From Bdellovibrionota bacterium (lineage in GTDB: Bacteria > Bdellovibrionota > UBA1018 > CAIPTA01 > JAALKR01), in assembly GCA_965207455.1 (NCBI GenBank), contig CBDBMJ010000001.1, forward strand, positions 1,376,001 through 1,440,000: a DNA stretch of 64,000 nucleotides. Reading direction: 5' to 3'. The notes beneath the pieces are model-generated. The model made no database searches. It had not been told where the DNA came from and saw nothing but the letters and a program-made list of their open reading frames with translations. Below, piece by piece: positions 42,620 through 52,919 of this stretch; position 1 is the stretch's first letter, and every line of letters begins with the position of its first letter. The translations under genes were made by a program, and so were the position numbers.

Positions 42620-45613
42620 TTATTGTGTACGACTACCTCTCGATTTTTCTGTTGGAGCAAATATTTCCAACTGCTTTCTCCTTAGCTCTTGAGCATCTGC
42701 AGGAAGTGGCCCCGTACTACACTCACCGAAAATCTTTTCAGCAGAATCTTCTATCGAGATCTTAGACCTTTTTTCTGAAAAGCCCTTTGGAGGATCCGTA
42801 ACTATTGCATCGTATACATAGGTTTTTTTACCTCCAATCAACATATCCAACCACTGATCAACACCATCTTTTTTATTTGTAGATTCGTAAACCCTAAATA
42901 TCACCGTCCCTAGTACTGGATTTAAAGCTTCAGCTCGAGCACGCAACATACGTACTTCCCCAGCAATGAAACACTCATATTTTCGTTTAGCTACTCCGTC
43001 ATTATTGATTACAACATTTGTTTTATCAACTCTGTACATGATACCATCTTTACCTGATTTAACAGCAGAATGTGTCTCTAGGTGTAGAAGACCATCCTCA
43101 ATCTTTTTACCATTGGCAAGACTTCCCTTTAAAAGCCAGATATTGTCCAAAGCCGCTAGACCTAATCTATCACCCTTCTCATCCTTTAATGCTACAAGTA
43201 CTCTTTGCTCCCCTGTATCCTTCGTTTCCTCTCGCATGTTCTCCACCCAAGCCTTAATTGGCAGACCATTATTATTAAATGCAAGAACTGGATCATTTTC
43301 ACAAAGCTTCATACCATCAAAACTCGATAAAGAACCCTTATATGGGTAACAGCCATCTTCTATATAACTTATATTAATATATCGTCCGGATTTACCCCCT
43401 TGCTCCCAATTTTTTATAGAATTGTAGCGTGTTGCTCCCCAGACTTCCTTATCATTAGAATGATCAGGACAATTGCTTCTAAGCGTATTCTCATCGCTAC
43501 CCTTAGCATACTCCACTGCCATACAAGCATTGACTAGACCAAGAGATTCAACCTTTTCCTTCAATTCATCTTGTGGAACATTACTTTTCAGCAAAATAGC
43601 ACGAAGTTCATCAACGCTTAAATTCGGATTTTCTCCCAATACTAGTGCTGCCACTCCAGCCATAATTGAGGCAGAAAAAGCAGTTCCCCAATTTGAAATA
43701 GTCTCATCTTTCGCTTCGGATTCGGAAAGAACATTTTCAAGAGATAAAGCTTCTACAAGTAATGGTGCCATAAGCTGAACATAGCGAGTACCATACATTA
43801 CATCAGTAGCAAGGCGACCATCAGGACTTGCTCCCGTTACGGCAAAAACATTATTATAGTCTTTAGAGAAACCTGCAGGATAAGGAACTGACCCAGATTT
43901 TGCAGCAAGATTATTTATCTCATCTATTGCCTTGTCTCTCTCTTTCTCAGATGTATTCTCGTCCACACCTAGTAATCGTAATGCATCTTCTCTACTCTTG
44001 CCCTTCAAAATTTCTTTATCTTGCTCGTAATAGTGTAAGTCTAAGGAAGCATTTTCAACAGCAGCAAAAATAGCAACATCATGTTTCTTAGCATACTCAA
44101 CGGCTTCTCGTAAATTATCTAGGTGACCAGCAAGCCTATGAAAACTACCAAATATTGGTGTAATAATAATTCTAACCCCCTTATCCACAGCATAGCGAAT
44201 TGCTTCAGGAAGATACTCTTCAAAAATCTTATATACTCCTCCATTACCGCTAATAGATATTGGAAGTATTTTTGCTCTAGGCGCTACGCCAAAGACAGGA
44301 GAGGCAGCAACACTGGCTACTTGAGTTCCGGTACCTTCACTATCATTAGGCATGGCATTGTTGAGAGCAAAGTTCCATCCAGCAATATCATCTACATAAC
44401 CATTCCCATCGTCATCCAATCCATTTCCTGGAACCTCACAAGATCCTGTTCGGACGTACTCACCCATACTGCTTTCACAAGAAGAATTGAGAATGTTTTG
44501 GTTGAGGTACTCACTATTATAAGCAACACCTGTGGCAATAACAGCTATGGCTACGCCATCCCCTTTTTTTGATCTCTCCCAAGCTTCCATACCACTGATC
44601 TGGTGTAAATGGGGATATTGTTTCACAAGGGCTGTTTTGTCCGATGGTGGCTCAACTCTAGTTGCCAAGGTTGAAAAAAGTTCTCCGCTTTCCACATGAA
44701 CTTTCTTTGAAACCATATTACATCTTCCATTTCGCGTATCTTTTGCGATAATATAAACTGAGTATGTTCCCACATCAGGAAATGAAAAATTAGCAGACCG
44801 AGAGTTGCTTCGAAAAACAACTAAATCCTTATTACCTTCTCCACAATACTCCACGCCATCCTTCTTAACGTGTTCGTTAGAGGGACAAGTGCTAATTACC
44901 CAAGTATAGAGTCCTTTTTCTTCCAACGAAGATAACTTCTTAAGTTTTTTATATTTATTGAACTCTTTCCTTGTATTGAATGAACTTTTCTGTATCTTAT
45001 TAGCATTATAGTTCGCATCACTGGAGAGCAAAACGTTCATCCCTTTAAAAATAGGCATGCTACCATCTTTATATTTTTTACCATTCATCGACCCATAGGC
45101 TGGATCATTTAAGGTTATAGAAGTATTTATCTTCAACGATATTTGCGCAGATCGTCGAGCAGCGCATTGAAACTCTTCTTGCATTCTGACTCCCAACATT
45201 GCTCCAAAGCTCGATGCCTGATATACACCTAGCAGCGCTTGCCTTTTGTACGTTGCAGTCTTTTTTGCCCTAGTATGTACGAATTCTCTTTCAAACGCCT
45301 CTTTAAATTTTTCCTCAAGGTCTTTATCGCTCATACCAAAAAGTGTGGGATCCTCTATCTTTTGTTCGTCAATGTAGCGAGTGATCTCTTTTTCATAACT
45401 TATCTTTATGTCACGTTCTCTATTAGAGTTTACAAGTTCCAAAATAGATTCTATGCGCTTGTTTTTTTCTGCTTCCAATTCCTGTAACAGTGCTTTCCCT
45501 TCTCTATGAAAAGTACCAGCCTCTATTGATGGTTCAGTGACAGCAACGCTTGCTTTTTGACAACTGACTAAAAAGAGCAAACCAACCCCTAAAATAATTT
45601 TTTGTGTTTTCAT
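42620..45613 (-). CDS. S8 subtilase-like lipoprotein with PKD-like domain; catalytic triad substituted
   Basis: Lipobox LVSC, NGLDDDGNGYVDDIAGWNF, GVAPRAKILP; IATG, GTGTQ and GTAF in place of IDTG, HGTH and GTSM. Confidence 0.85.
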   Translation of the reverse strand: MKTQKIILGVGLLFLVSCQKASVAVTEPSIEAGTFHREGKALLQELEAEKNKRIESILELVNSNRERDIKISYEKEITRYIDEQKIEDPTLFGMSDKDLEEKFKEAFEREFVHTRAKKTATYKRQALLGVYQASSFGAMLGVRMQEEFQCAARRSAQISLKINTSITLNDPAYGSMNGKKYKDGSMPIFKGMNVLLSSDANYNANKIQKSSFNTRKEFNKYKKLKKLSSLEEKGLYTWVISTCPSNEHVKKDGVEYCGEGNKDLVVFRSNSRSANFSFPDVGTYSVYIIAKDTRNGRCNMVSKKVHVESGELFSTLATRVEPPSDKTALVKQYPHLHQISGMEAWERSKKGDGVAIAVIATGVAYNSEYLNQNILNSSCESSMGEYVRTGSCEVPGNGLDDDGNGYVDDIAGWNFALNNAMPNDSEGTGTQVASVAASPVFGVAPRAKILPISISGNGGVYKIFEEYLPEAIRYAVDKGVRIIITPIFGSFHRLAGHLDNLREAVEYAKKHDVAIFAAVENASLDLHYYEQDKEILKGKSREDALRLLGVDENTSEKERDKAIDEINNLAAKSGSVPYPAGFSKDYNNVFAVTGASPDGRLATDVMYGTRYVQLMAPLLVEALSLENVLSESEAKDETISNWGTAFSASIMAGVAALVLGENPNLSVDELRAILLKSNVPQDELKEKVESLGLVNACMAVEYAKGSDENTLRSNCPDHSNDKEVWGATRYNSIKNWEQGGKSGRYINISYIEDGCYPYKGSLSSFDGMKLCENDPVLAFNNNGLPIKAWVENMREETKDTGEQRVLVALKDEKGDRLGLAALDNIWLLKGSLANGKKIEDGLLHLETHSAVKSGKDGIMYRVDKTNVVINNDGVAKRKYECFIAGEVRMLRARAEALNPVLGTVIFRVYESTNKKDGVDQWLDMLIGGKKTYVYDAIVTDPPKGFSEKRSKISIEDSAEKIFGECSTGPLPADAQELRRKQLEIFAPTEKSRGSRTQ

Positions 45614-45626
45614 TGTTATCTCCTTT

Positions 45627-47861
45627 CTACTCTTTGTTTTCATTATTGCTCCCTTCTGCATTTAAGCGTTGTTTCTCTTGTTCTCGAATTTCAATAAGAT
45701 CTCTCATTATATTCACCGCTTCCATTTCGTGCATTCTTGTCTCTAAAAAAGTAAAATTAACCGAAGATGCTAAATCTTTCCGACGCTGCAACTCTTCTGC
45801 AAACTCTGCAACGCTTTCTTCCCCACTTCTCGATTTCTTATAATATTCATCAAGAGCCTTTATTTCATTTTTAATTTTTTGAAATCCTTCATTATTCATC
45901 ACACGATCTCTAGACCTGAGATGGAGTTGCGAAATTTCTTCAGCACGCATACGATCCCACAAAGTTCCTGCACCTGTCTCTGTATCAGCAGATAGAAACG
46001 GATCTATGGAGTATTCTTTCACTTTTTCAAGCCTCACTTTCCTTTTTTCTTGTGATTCAATGGTATTATAAATACTTGGAATAGATATATCAGATTTCAC
46101 CCCTCTTACATTTGGACTATGACCACTAGGAGTATAAAATACTGCAGTATTAATTCTGAAAAACCCATAAAGAAAACTACCTTTATCAGCTCTTTGATTA
46201 CCATTGACAATACCTTGCACAGAACCTTTTCCAAATGTGGTACCTGTCCCTACTATCAAAGCACGACCATAATCCTTCAAAATACCTGAAAATATCTCAG
46301 CGGCAGATGCACTAGCGCCATTTACAAGAACAATCATGGGACCATTATAATGGGCACTTAAATCATCGACTTCATCTGCATAACGTACTACTTCTGGCAA
46401 CTCATCAGAATAGAGACCATCATCAGTAAGAGGTGGTCCAAAATAATCATGAGTAGCAAGAGTTATTCCTTTTTTTATAAATAAATTAGAAATTCCCACA
46501 CCTGTGCTTAAACCTCCACCGCCATTATTTCTGAGATCCACAATCAAGCCATCGGCTCCCTGCTCATGGACTTCTTTTATTCCAGCCTTGACGTCCAAAT
46601 AACCTTTATTACGTTTTCTCCTTTTGCCATATTCAAAAACAGAAAGTTTAATATGAGCAATTTTTAATACCTTATTATCTGCTGTAGGTATAGAATGAAA
46701 CTTTACAATTGATCTTCCAACATCTATTTTTTTGCGTACCAAACTTACTATAAAAGGTTCATTCACTCCAGAACGACGAATCTGCAAGCGCACAATAGAA
46801 TCTTCTTTTCCTGTTATTAAATCCACAACTTCTTGGATATTTTTTTTTCGCAAGCTCTCCATTGCGCCGTCTTCTCCCTGTCCAACAGCAAGTATTACAT
46901 CAGTACTTTGAAATTTTCCCGATTTTTTTGCAGGACCACCCGGTATTAGTTCTTGAATCAGCACTTCTTCATTTAACATACCAAGCTGAGCTCCAATACC
47001 TGTTATCTTTTCAGTCAAAATAAACTCACTATCTTTAATTTGAAATATATTATAGCCGTCTAAACCTTGACCATACGAAAATTGAACCATCTCTAATAAT
47101 CGTACTTCACCCATTTCTTTCGCTTCTTTCAAAGTACCTTCATAAGTAGAAAGAATCTCATCTTTTATTTTTTGTAAATTCTCTTCTCCTCTGCTGCTTA
47201 ATTCTTGAACAATTCTGAAGTGAGTATTTGATCGAATTCTATCTTTTTGATCCTCCAGATTTGATGCCCAACCTGTTTTACCATGATCTCTTTTTACTGT
47301 CATATCAAGAGCATAGTTCCGCAAAATTTCCTTCACATTTTCTAATTGTCTTTCTTCTGCCTCTACTATTACTTTTTTCATGGGATCAATCCACTTGGAG
47401 CAATTGTTTTCACTTTTCGACAAAAGACCCTCAAAATAACTGCCTAAGTTTTGTGCAAGATAACTGGCCTCATCAATAAAAAACATCTTCTTGTCTGGAT
47501 CCAGTACTTTAAGGAATTCAACTCTAGCGTTCTCCATGTTCTTATAAAAACCATCGACCGTTTCACTCCACGCCTGCTTTGGTGTCAAGTCCCCTTCCCC
47601 TACTCTTTTAATGCGCTTGGCGTGTTCTAGGCGAACGCTAAATTCCCAATTCCACCTAGAAAAGACTGAGTTCATATACTTGCAGTTCTTTCCCCCTGTT
47701 GTTTTTATTTCCTTTGGATCAGTTACACTACTGTCTGGAGCTGACCCATCATTGGATTGCCCTGAGCAAGCAGATAGGAATACTAATGCCAAAGCAAATG
47801 TAGCTTTTTCCATCCTATTACGACCAACTTTTATCAATCTCAATAATGTAACTTTTTCCAT
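45627..47861 (-). CDS. S41 carboxy-terminal protease (Prc/Tsp-like), probable lipoprotein
   Basis: PDZ (GIGAQL, GGPAKKSG), DLRNNGGG, SASAAEIF, TFGKG; GAGGAGG RBS before 47861; lipobox LSAC. Confidence 0.9.
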   Translation of the reverse strand: MEKVTLLRLIKVGRNRMEKATFALALVFLSACSGQSNDGSAPDSSVTDPKEIKTTGGKNCKYMNSVFSRWNWEFSVRLEHAKRIKRVGEGDLTPKQAWSETVDGFYKNMENARVEFLKVLDPDKKMFFIDEASYLAQNLGSYFEGLLSKSENNCSKWIDPMKKVIVEAEERQLENVKEILRNYALDMTVKRDHGKTGWASNLEDQKDRIRSNTHFRIVQELSSRGEENLQKIKDEILSTYEGTLKEAKEMGEVRLLEMVQFSYGQGLDGYNIFQIKDSEFILTEKITGIGAQLGMLNEEVLIQELIPGGPAKKSGKFQSTDVILAVGQGEDGAMESLRKKNIQEVVDLITGKEDSIVRLQIRRSGVNEPFIVSLVRKKIDVGRSIVKFHSIPTADNKVLKIAHIKLSVFEYGKRRKRNKGYLDVKAGIKEVHEQGADGLIVDLRNNGGGGLSTGVGISNLFIKKGITLATHDYFGPPLTDDGLYSDELPEVVRYADEVDDLSAHYNGPMIVLVNGASASAAEIFSGILKDYGRALIVGTGTTFGKGSVQGIVNGNQRADKGSFLYGFFRINTAVFYTPSGHSPNVRGVKSDISIPSIYNTIESQEKRKVRLEKVKEYSIDPFLSADTETGAGTLWDRMRAEEISQLHLRSRDRVMNNEGFQKIKNEIKALDEYYKKSRSGEESVAEFAEELQRRKDLASSVNFTFLETRMHEMEAVNIMRDLIEIREQEKQRLNAEGSNNENKE

Positions 47862-47880
47862 AATTTGCCTCCTCGCTCTA

Positions 47881-47998
47881 TGTAAAAAATTCACAATACT
47901 ATATGCCGCATTAGATGTCAAGCGTAATTTCTAACTATATGCATTTTACATGCATTTATTTTCAAAAAATTGTAAACAATTGAAATTAAAGGATTTTT
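47881..47998 (-). promoter_or_regulatory. Duplicated promoter cassette, copy 1
   Basis: TTGACA-17-TATTGT on the minus strand; first 48 nt are 47/48 identical to copy 2. Confidence 0.75.
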
Positions 47999-48289
47999 CA
48001 GACCTGACCCTTATCCGCTTTCGCTAAATTCTCCTGATGCAGCGGGACTAAATTGGTGGGACGACGAGTTAAGATAATTATTTGCGATGCGATATTATAG
48101 GGGCTTCCTCCCAATATCTCCAGCACTAGAGAGGCCATGAGAACGTTCAATCAAAAAACTCAGCAAAAGGTCATAGGTTTTGAAAAGCAAGCACTGATAT
48201 TATGCAGCACCCATAGCTTAATAGTTTTAAAAATTTTTTCTCCTCTTGAATAGAAATAAAATAAACTACAGAGTTACGATCATCGCAGA

Positions 48290-48916
48290 TTATTCAGTTG
48301 GTGGCGTCTTGCTGCATGGAGTATTAAAATCACCACATACCTCATCAGGTTGATAACCTAACTGCCCATATCTGCCATCTCCCCAACATTTCAGTTCCGT
48401 AATAATCCTCTCCTTAGAATAAGCTTTTCCAACATTAAAATTTGCACAGCTATGATTTCTACCTACATGAAGTGTAACAGCTTCTTTTATGCCCAAAACC
48501 AAAACAGCTGTCATTATTGGGCTATCCTCTGTAGTACCATTACCTAACTGTCCAAAGTCATTCTTTCCCCAACATTTCATGGAGCCTTTCTCATTAACCT
48601 CAGGAGTCTCTTCATCATCATCGATAACTGCACAGCCATGAGTCATCGTCCAGGAAACATTAGTCGCATTTTTTATACCAGAAACCAATACTAATAAATC
48701 CTTATCATTAGTTTTATACCAGCACCCTACAGAACCCTTCCCATTAACTTTAACCATTTTTTTATTATCATCTAAAATTTCACAGTATTTAATCTTGCCA
48801 TAAGCACTTAAATCAATGGCGTTCTTTACATCAACGTCATTACTTTTCTCATCAGCCCCACCACAACCAATCAGTGTAGTGATGGCAAATACGCTCACTA
48901 TAATTATATTTTTCAT
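48290..48916 (-). CDS. Short RCC1-repeat lipoprotein
   Basis: Lipobox LIGC; KCWGKNDFGQLGNG and KCWGDGRYGQLG. Confidence 0.8.
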   Translation of the reverse strand: MKNIIIVSVFAITTLIGCGGADEKSNDVDVKNAIDLSAYGKIKYCEILDDNKKMVKVNGKGSVGCWYKTNDKDLLVLVSGIKNATNVSWTMTHGCAVIDDDEETPEVNEKGSMKCWGKNDFGQLGNGTTEDSPIMTAVLVLGIKEAVTLHVGRNHSCANFNVGKAYSKERIITELKCWGDGRYGQLGYQPDEVCGDFNTPCSKTPPTE

Positions 48917-48984
48917 ACTATTTACCTCTTTCTTATAATCCAGTTAATCTTGTAACTTTTCCCATAACCTATCTCCCATCACCG

Positions 48985-49103
48985 TGTAAAAAATTCACAA
49001 TACTATATGCCGCATTAGCTGTCAAGCGTAATCTTTGAATATATACATTTTTACACACATTTATTTGCTAAAAATCATAAATAACTGAAATTAAAGGATT
49101 TTT
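48985..49103 (-). promoter_or_regulatory. Duplicated promoter cassette, copy 2
   Basis: Homologous to 47881-47998, including the distal TGAAATTAAAGGATTTTT block. Confidence 0.75.
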
Positions 49104-49209
49104 TAATTTTGATTTTTATCTGCGCTGCCCAAGATTTCTTGATGCGCCATAGCTAATTTTATGGAGCGACGAGCTATGGATGCAATTTGCGTAGCGGCAT
49201 AATAAGGGC

Positions 49210-50907
49210 TTATACCGCAGATGAGCGGCGTCGAAAGAGAAGGGCACTGTAAGCCACAAAAATAACCTGTACTGCGGAATATAGAAACACCCCAGGATTT
49301 CCGCCGCTAGAGAATCCATAGCTATGTAAGCCTGCCCCTAAAACAAAGTTCACTCCGTACCAGGCCATAAGCACCAGTAAAAAGGCAAGAATACACCAAC
49401 ATAAAAAACCAAAGTCCCCTACCATGCCTCGAAAACGGGCATGCACTAGGGCCACATAACCCAAAAATGCAATTAAAGCCCAGGTCTCCTTAGGATCCCA
49501 ACCCCAGAATCGTCCCCATGAGTAGTCCGCCCAGACACCTCCAAGGATAGTGCCTGCCCCTAAAAGCACCACCCCCACCTGCACGGAACGATATGCATAG
49601 TGGGCCATCTCTTTGAGACTTTGCTTGCTGGGAGTACGTCCAAAAAAAACAATGGGCGCGATGGCTATATTACTAATGGCAAGAGAAAGGGCAAAGGCTG
49701 CATATCCCAGCGTAATGGTAAGAACATGAATAAGGAGCCAGAAGTTACTTCTCAGTACTGGCTCTAGGGGATGGATGCTCTCGTCCAAGATGGTTGTGAA
49801 CGTGTCCGCAAGAAGCAAACAAAGAACGGAAAAGCCCAAAGCACAAATAGAAATAAGAGGTTTTTTATAAATAAATTGTAGGATGGATCCAAAGAGCAGG
49901 CAGCCAAAGGCCACCCATACTACGGATTCGTACATGTTGGAAACGGGTGGACGACCAGCAATCAGTACTCGTAAAATAAACCCATAGAGCATCAGAAGAA
50001 AGGTAAGTGCTAGGGTGGTATTGCCCAAATAGGAATATATTTTTTTTTGACTAACGACGAGAAAGCTTAGAAAAATCATAGCCAACAAACCCACCACCCA
50101 GGACCAACGGAATGGACGAAAGTGGTTATAGTGAACCTCTATAGCCATCTTCCAATGGGGAGGGTAAACGTCAGGATTCACCTTACTTACTATTGCCGTA
50201 AAATCTTTTATTTTTTCTAGGGTGCGCGCCTGAACTAAGGGGTCTTTATTCTCAAAGGTAGCAATAATTAACCAAAAGCGAATATTGGCATCGCCCTTGA
50301 GACTCTTGAGCCCATTCCATGGAGCCTCTCTGGGGCTTCCCTTGGGGGGAGGAAAAAGTCGAAAGGCGTCCCCAGAGGTGATTTGCTGAAAAAAAGAAAC
50401 CTGATCCCGAATGCGAGCCACGCCTTGAAAGTAGGCATCTAGTTTTTCCGACTTGTCTTCCTTCTGCTCTAAGGTTTGAATCAATGGAAAGAAGGATGGA
50501 CTTGTTGTGAGTTCTGTTATGGAAAAGGTTTTTTTGTCGGTCGGAAAGCCCAGATCCTCTTTCAATGCACGGTGGGTGACGGAAATAAAGGGATGTTTTT
50601 GCCAAAAGTCCGGCAGGAGGAGCATGGTAAGTATCAACTCCACTGGACTGCGTCCCCCTAGGCTCTCTTTGCCATGGAGTAGTTTCATGCCTTCACGGGC
50701 AAAAGTATCTAGGGGCTTGATGCGTCCGCCTGATTGTAGGGGCATGAGTCCTAGGGCTTCTACTGCGGCAGTGGGGCGGGCAGGGCGCTCTAAGGGGTTT
50801 TTTTCTATGTTCTTTGGTGTGTTTTGGGCGAATAGGTGGGCTGTGGGCAATAGGAAAATACTGCACTGGAGGAGAGAGAGAAGAACGATTTTTAATTTTT
50901 TTCTCAT
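49210..50907 (-). CDS. ccsA: System II cytochrome c biogenesis protein CcsA/ResC
   Basis: WADYSWGRFWGWDPKETW, GRIKPLDT and GLHSY motifs. Confidence 0.92.
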   Translation of the reverse strand: MRKKLKIVLLSLLQCSIFLLPTAHLFAQNTPKNIEKNPLERPARPTAAVEALGLMPLQSGGRIKPLDTFAREGMKLLHGKESLGGRSPVELILTMLLLPDFWQKHPFISVTHRALKEDLGFPTDKKTFSITELTTSPSFFPLIQTLEQKEDKSEKLDAYFQGVARIRDQVSFFQQITSGDAFRLFPPPKGSPREAPWNGLKSLKGDANIRFWLIIATFENKDPLVQARTLEKIKDFTAIVSKVNPDVYPPHWKMAIEVHYNHFRPFRWSWVVGLLAMIFLSFLVVSQKKIYSYLGNTTLALTFLLMLYGFILRVLIAGRPPVSNMYESVVWVAFGCLLFGSILQFIYKKPLISICALGFSVLCLLLADTFTTILDESIHPLEPVLRSNFWLLIHVLTITLGYAAFALSLAISNIAIAPIVFFGRTPSKQSLKEMAHYAYRSVQVGVVLLGAGTILGGVWADYSWGRFWGWDPKETWALIAFLGYVALVHARFRGMVGDFGFLCWCILAFLLVLMAWYGVNFVLGAGLHSYGFSSGGNPGVFLYSAVQVIFVAYSALLFRRRSSAV

Positions 50908-52439
50908 ACTGTTGTGTCCCCCATTTTAGCGGCCCCCATTTTAGCGGCCCCCATTTTAGCGGCCTCTATTTTGGCAGCCTTTCGTTTTTTTAGAAATTTA
51001 CTTTTGCCTGAATAGATGGGGCGAAAATAAAATAAAAGTAGGATGCCGGTGATTAGAAAAACACATCCGAGGTATTTAAGCAAGCGACCTGGGTCTCGGT
51101 TGACGGATAGTACGGAAATCACGGGCTCGCCCGTTATGTCTGTGGAATAGCTTGCCTGATAAAATGTAAAACTACGGTGCTCTAGAGGCTCGTTCATGCT
51201 GATGCGAATGTCCTTGTCGCCAACATTTACCAAACTGCTATAGGACATGGCTCGTCGGGTTCCTGGGTAAAACTCCACTTCAAAGTCCTTTAAGGTAATC
51301 TGGAAATTTAACTCCACCTCTTTCCTTGCATACTGGACGTAAAATAATTCTTTTCCCTTGAAAATCTGAATCGCTGTACCCAACTCAATCCAACGTTTTT
51401 CTCCTTCCACGTCCATGTGAATGACCTCTACGGTGCCCTTGCCAGCAGTGGGACTCTTTTCATACTTCACATGGGGAATGGCCTGTTCATAGAACTCCTC
51501 CACAACAATTTGAAAATCCATCCATCCAAGGGAAAGGGGTTTGCCTTGGCGGATCCTGCCCTTGGGTTCCAGTTGGACGCTCCCGGGTCGCACTATGGCT
51601 GCCTGGAGTACGGGCTTTTGTTTTGGTCCGGATTTCTTAGGGTCGAAATATAAGTACAGCACATGCTTCTTTGGCGCTTTCAATAGTTCAGGTCTGCCTT
51701 TTTGAAAGTGGACAATAGCAGGACCCAGATCAATAAAGGATCTTCCGTTTAAAAAAAGCCATTCGTTGATGTTGGCCCGGGAGCCGTCCATACGAAAATG
51801 TATGGCAGGCACGCCCCTGTCCGGAACGTCGGAAAACTTCACACCTATCTTTCGTTGGGCATGGGACCACCAATCCAATAACTGCACCGTCAATAAACGC
51901 TCCTTAGGTGAATCAGGACTTACTATCTTCTGAGGAATAGAAACATTCCACACAGACGGTGTATCCAAAGAAGCTATTCCCAGCGCCTGACTAAAAATCA
52001 ATTCATAACTCTTCTGCTGATTCGCTAAAAAAATATTCAAATATTTCTCTTTCACCTGCACCCGACTAGCGGATTCTCCCTCTCCCAATACCACTGTTCC
52101 ATCCACGCCCCAGTTTCGGGTAAGAAAAGAACCAATTAAAATAACAAGAATACCCAAGTGGGTGACGAGAAAACCAATATGATGTCTTTTCCAAGGGATT
52201 CGGCTAAGGGCTGCAAATAAAACATTGACGAAAAAAAAAATCAGCACAGTGGTAAACCACCAACTGTGATAAACAACAGTTTGAGCCTCCTCCATTCCAT
52301 GGCGAGCTTCATAGATTGTCCCCCAAGCAGAGAGAAACGCTATGGAGAGAATAATAAAAACAGCTAGTTTCAAGGAGGAAAAAAAATCAAATAGGATCTG
52401 TAGGTAGTGCCAGATGCTTTTATGTTTTCCAGTAGTCAA
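50904..52439 (-). CDS. resB: ResB/CcsB-like cytochrome c biogenesis protein
   Basis: SSLKLAV, FLVTHLG, ISMNEPL..FYQASY, VNRDPG. Confidence 0.85.
   Translation of the reverse strand: MTTGKHKSIWHYLQILFDFFSSLKLAVFIILSIAFLSAWGTIYEARHGMEEAQTVVYHSWWFTTVLIFFFVNVLFAALSRIPWKRHHIGFLVTHLGILVILIGSFLTRNWGVDGTVVLGEGESASRVQVKEKYLNIFLANQQKSYELIFSQALGIASLDTPSVWNVSIPQKIVSPDSPKERLLTVQLLDWWSHAQRKIGVKFSDVPDRGVPAIHFRMDGSRANINEWLFLNGRSFIDLGPAIVHFQKGRPELLKAPKKHVLYLYFDPKKSGPKQKPVLQAAIVRPGSVQLEPKGRIRQGKPLSLGWMDFQIVVEEFYEQAIPHVKYEKSPTAGKGTVEVIHMDVEGEKRWIELGTAIQIFKGKELFYVQYARKEVELNFQITLKDFEVEFYPGTRRAMSYSSLVNVGDKDIRISMNEPLEHRSFTFYQASYSTDITGEPVISVLSVNRDPGRLLKYLGCVFLITGILLLFYFRPIYSGKSKFLKKRKAAKIEAAKMGAAKMGAAKMGDTTV
50917..50965. 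repeat. 15-bp coding tandem repeat (AAKMG) x3 at the ResB C-terminus
   Basis: ccccattttagcggc units. Confidence 0.85.
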
Positions 52440-52492
52440 GGTGTGTGTTACCTCTTATTTTAAGTCCTTTGGGTATTGGTAGTGAGAGAGGG

Positions 52493-52852
52493 CTACTGCT
52501 TGGATGGCGCTTTCTTCTTGCCAGCTTTACCTTCTGCTTTGACCTTTACTTTGGCCTTGGGTTTCTTGGGCATAGCTTCACTCGAGGCCTCAGGAGTAAA
52601 ATCATCAAATACGGATTTTTTAGAGGAGGATCTCTGGATACGGGTGAGTGTTATCGCGCTAATCACCAAAAGTATGGCTAGTATACCGGTAAGTTTTGTA
52701 AGAAAGTTACTGGCCCCAGTGGTACCAAATAACGACTGTGATGTTCCACCACCCATTATAAATCCACCGCCCTTGCCTGGCTGTAATAATACTGTAATGG
52801 TAAGAAATATAGCTAAAATCGCATGGATGATTACGATAACGTTCACTGACAT
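52493..52852 (-). CDS. secG: Preprotein translocase SecG
   Basis: VLLQPGKGGG..SLFG..NFLTKLT; downstream of tpiA. Confidence 0.93.
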   Translation of the reverse strand: MSVNVIVIIHAILAIFLTITVLLQPGKGGGFIMGGGTSQSLFGTTGASNFLTKLTGILAILLVISAITLTRIQRSSSKKSVFDDFTPEASSEAMPKKPKAKVKVKAEGKAGKKKAPSKQ

Positions 52853-52919
52853 ATTTTCGCTCCTTTTTTCTGCTTCTTCCCTAGAGCCCTTAAGAGAGCT
52901 AGAGAGTCACAGACTAGCA

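Noticed and set aside
42600..49200. Integron cassette array
   Set aside because: No integrase or attC-like palindromes; the repeated element is promoter-like and lies upstream of genes.
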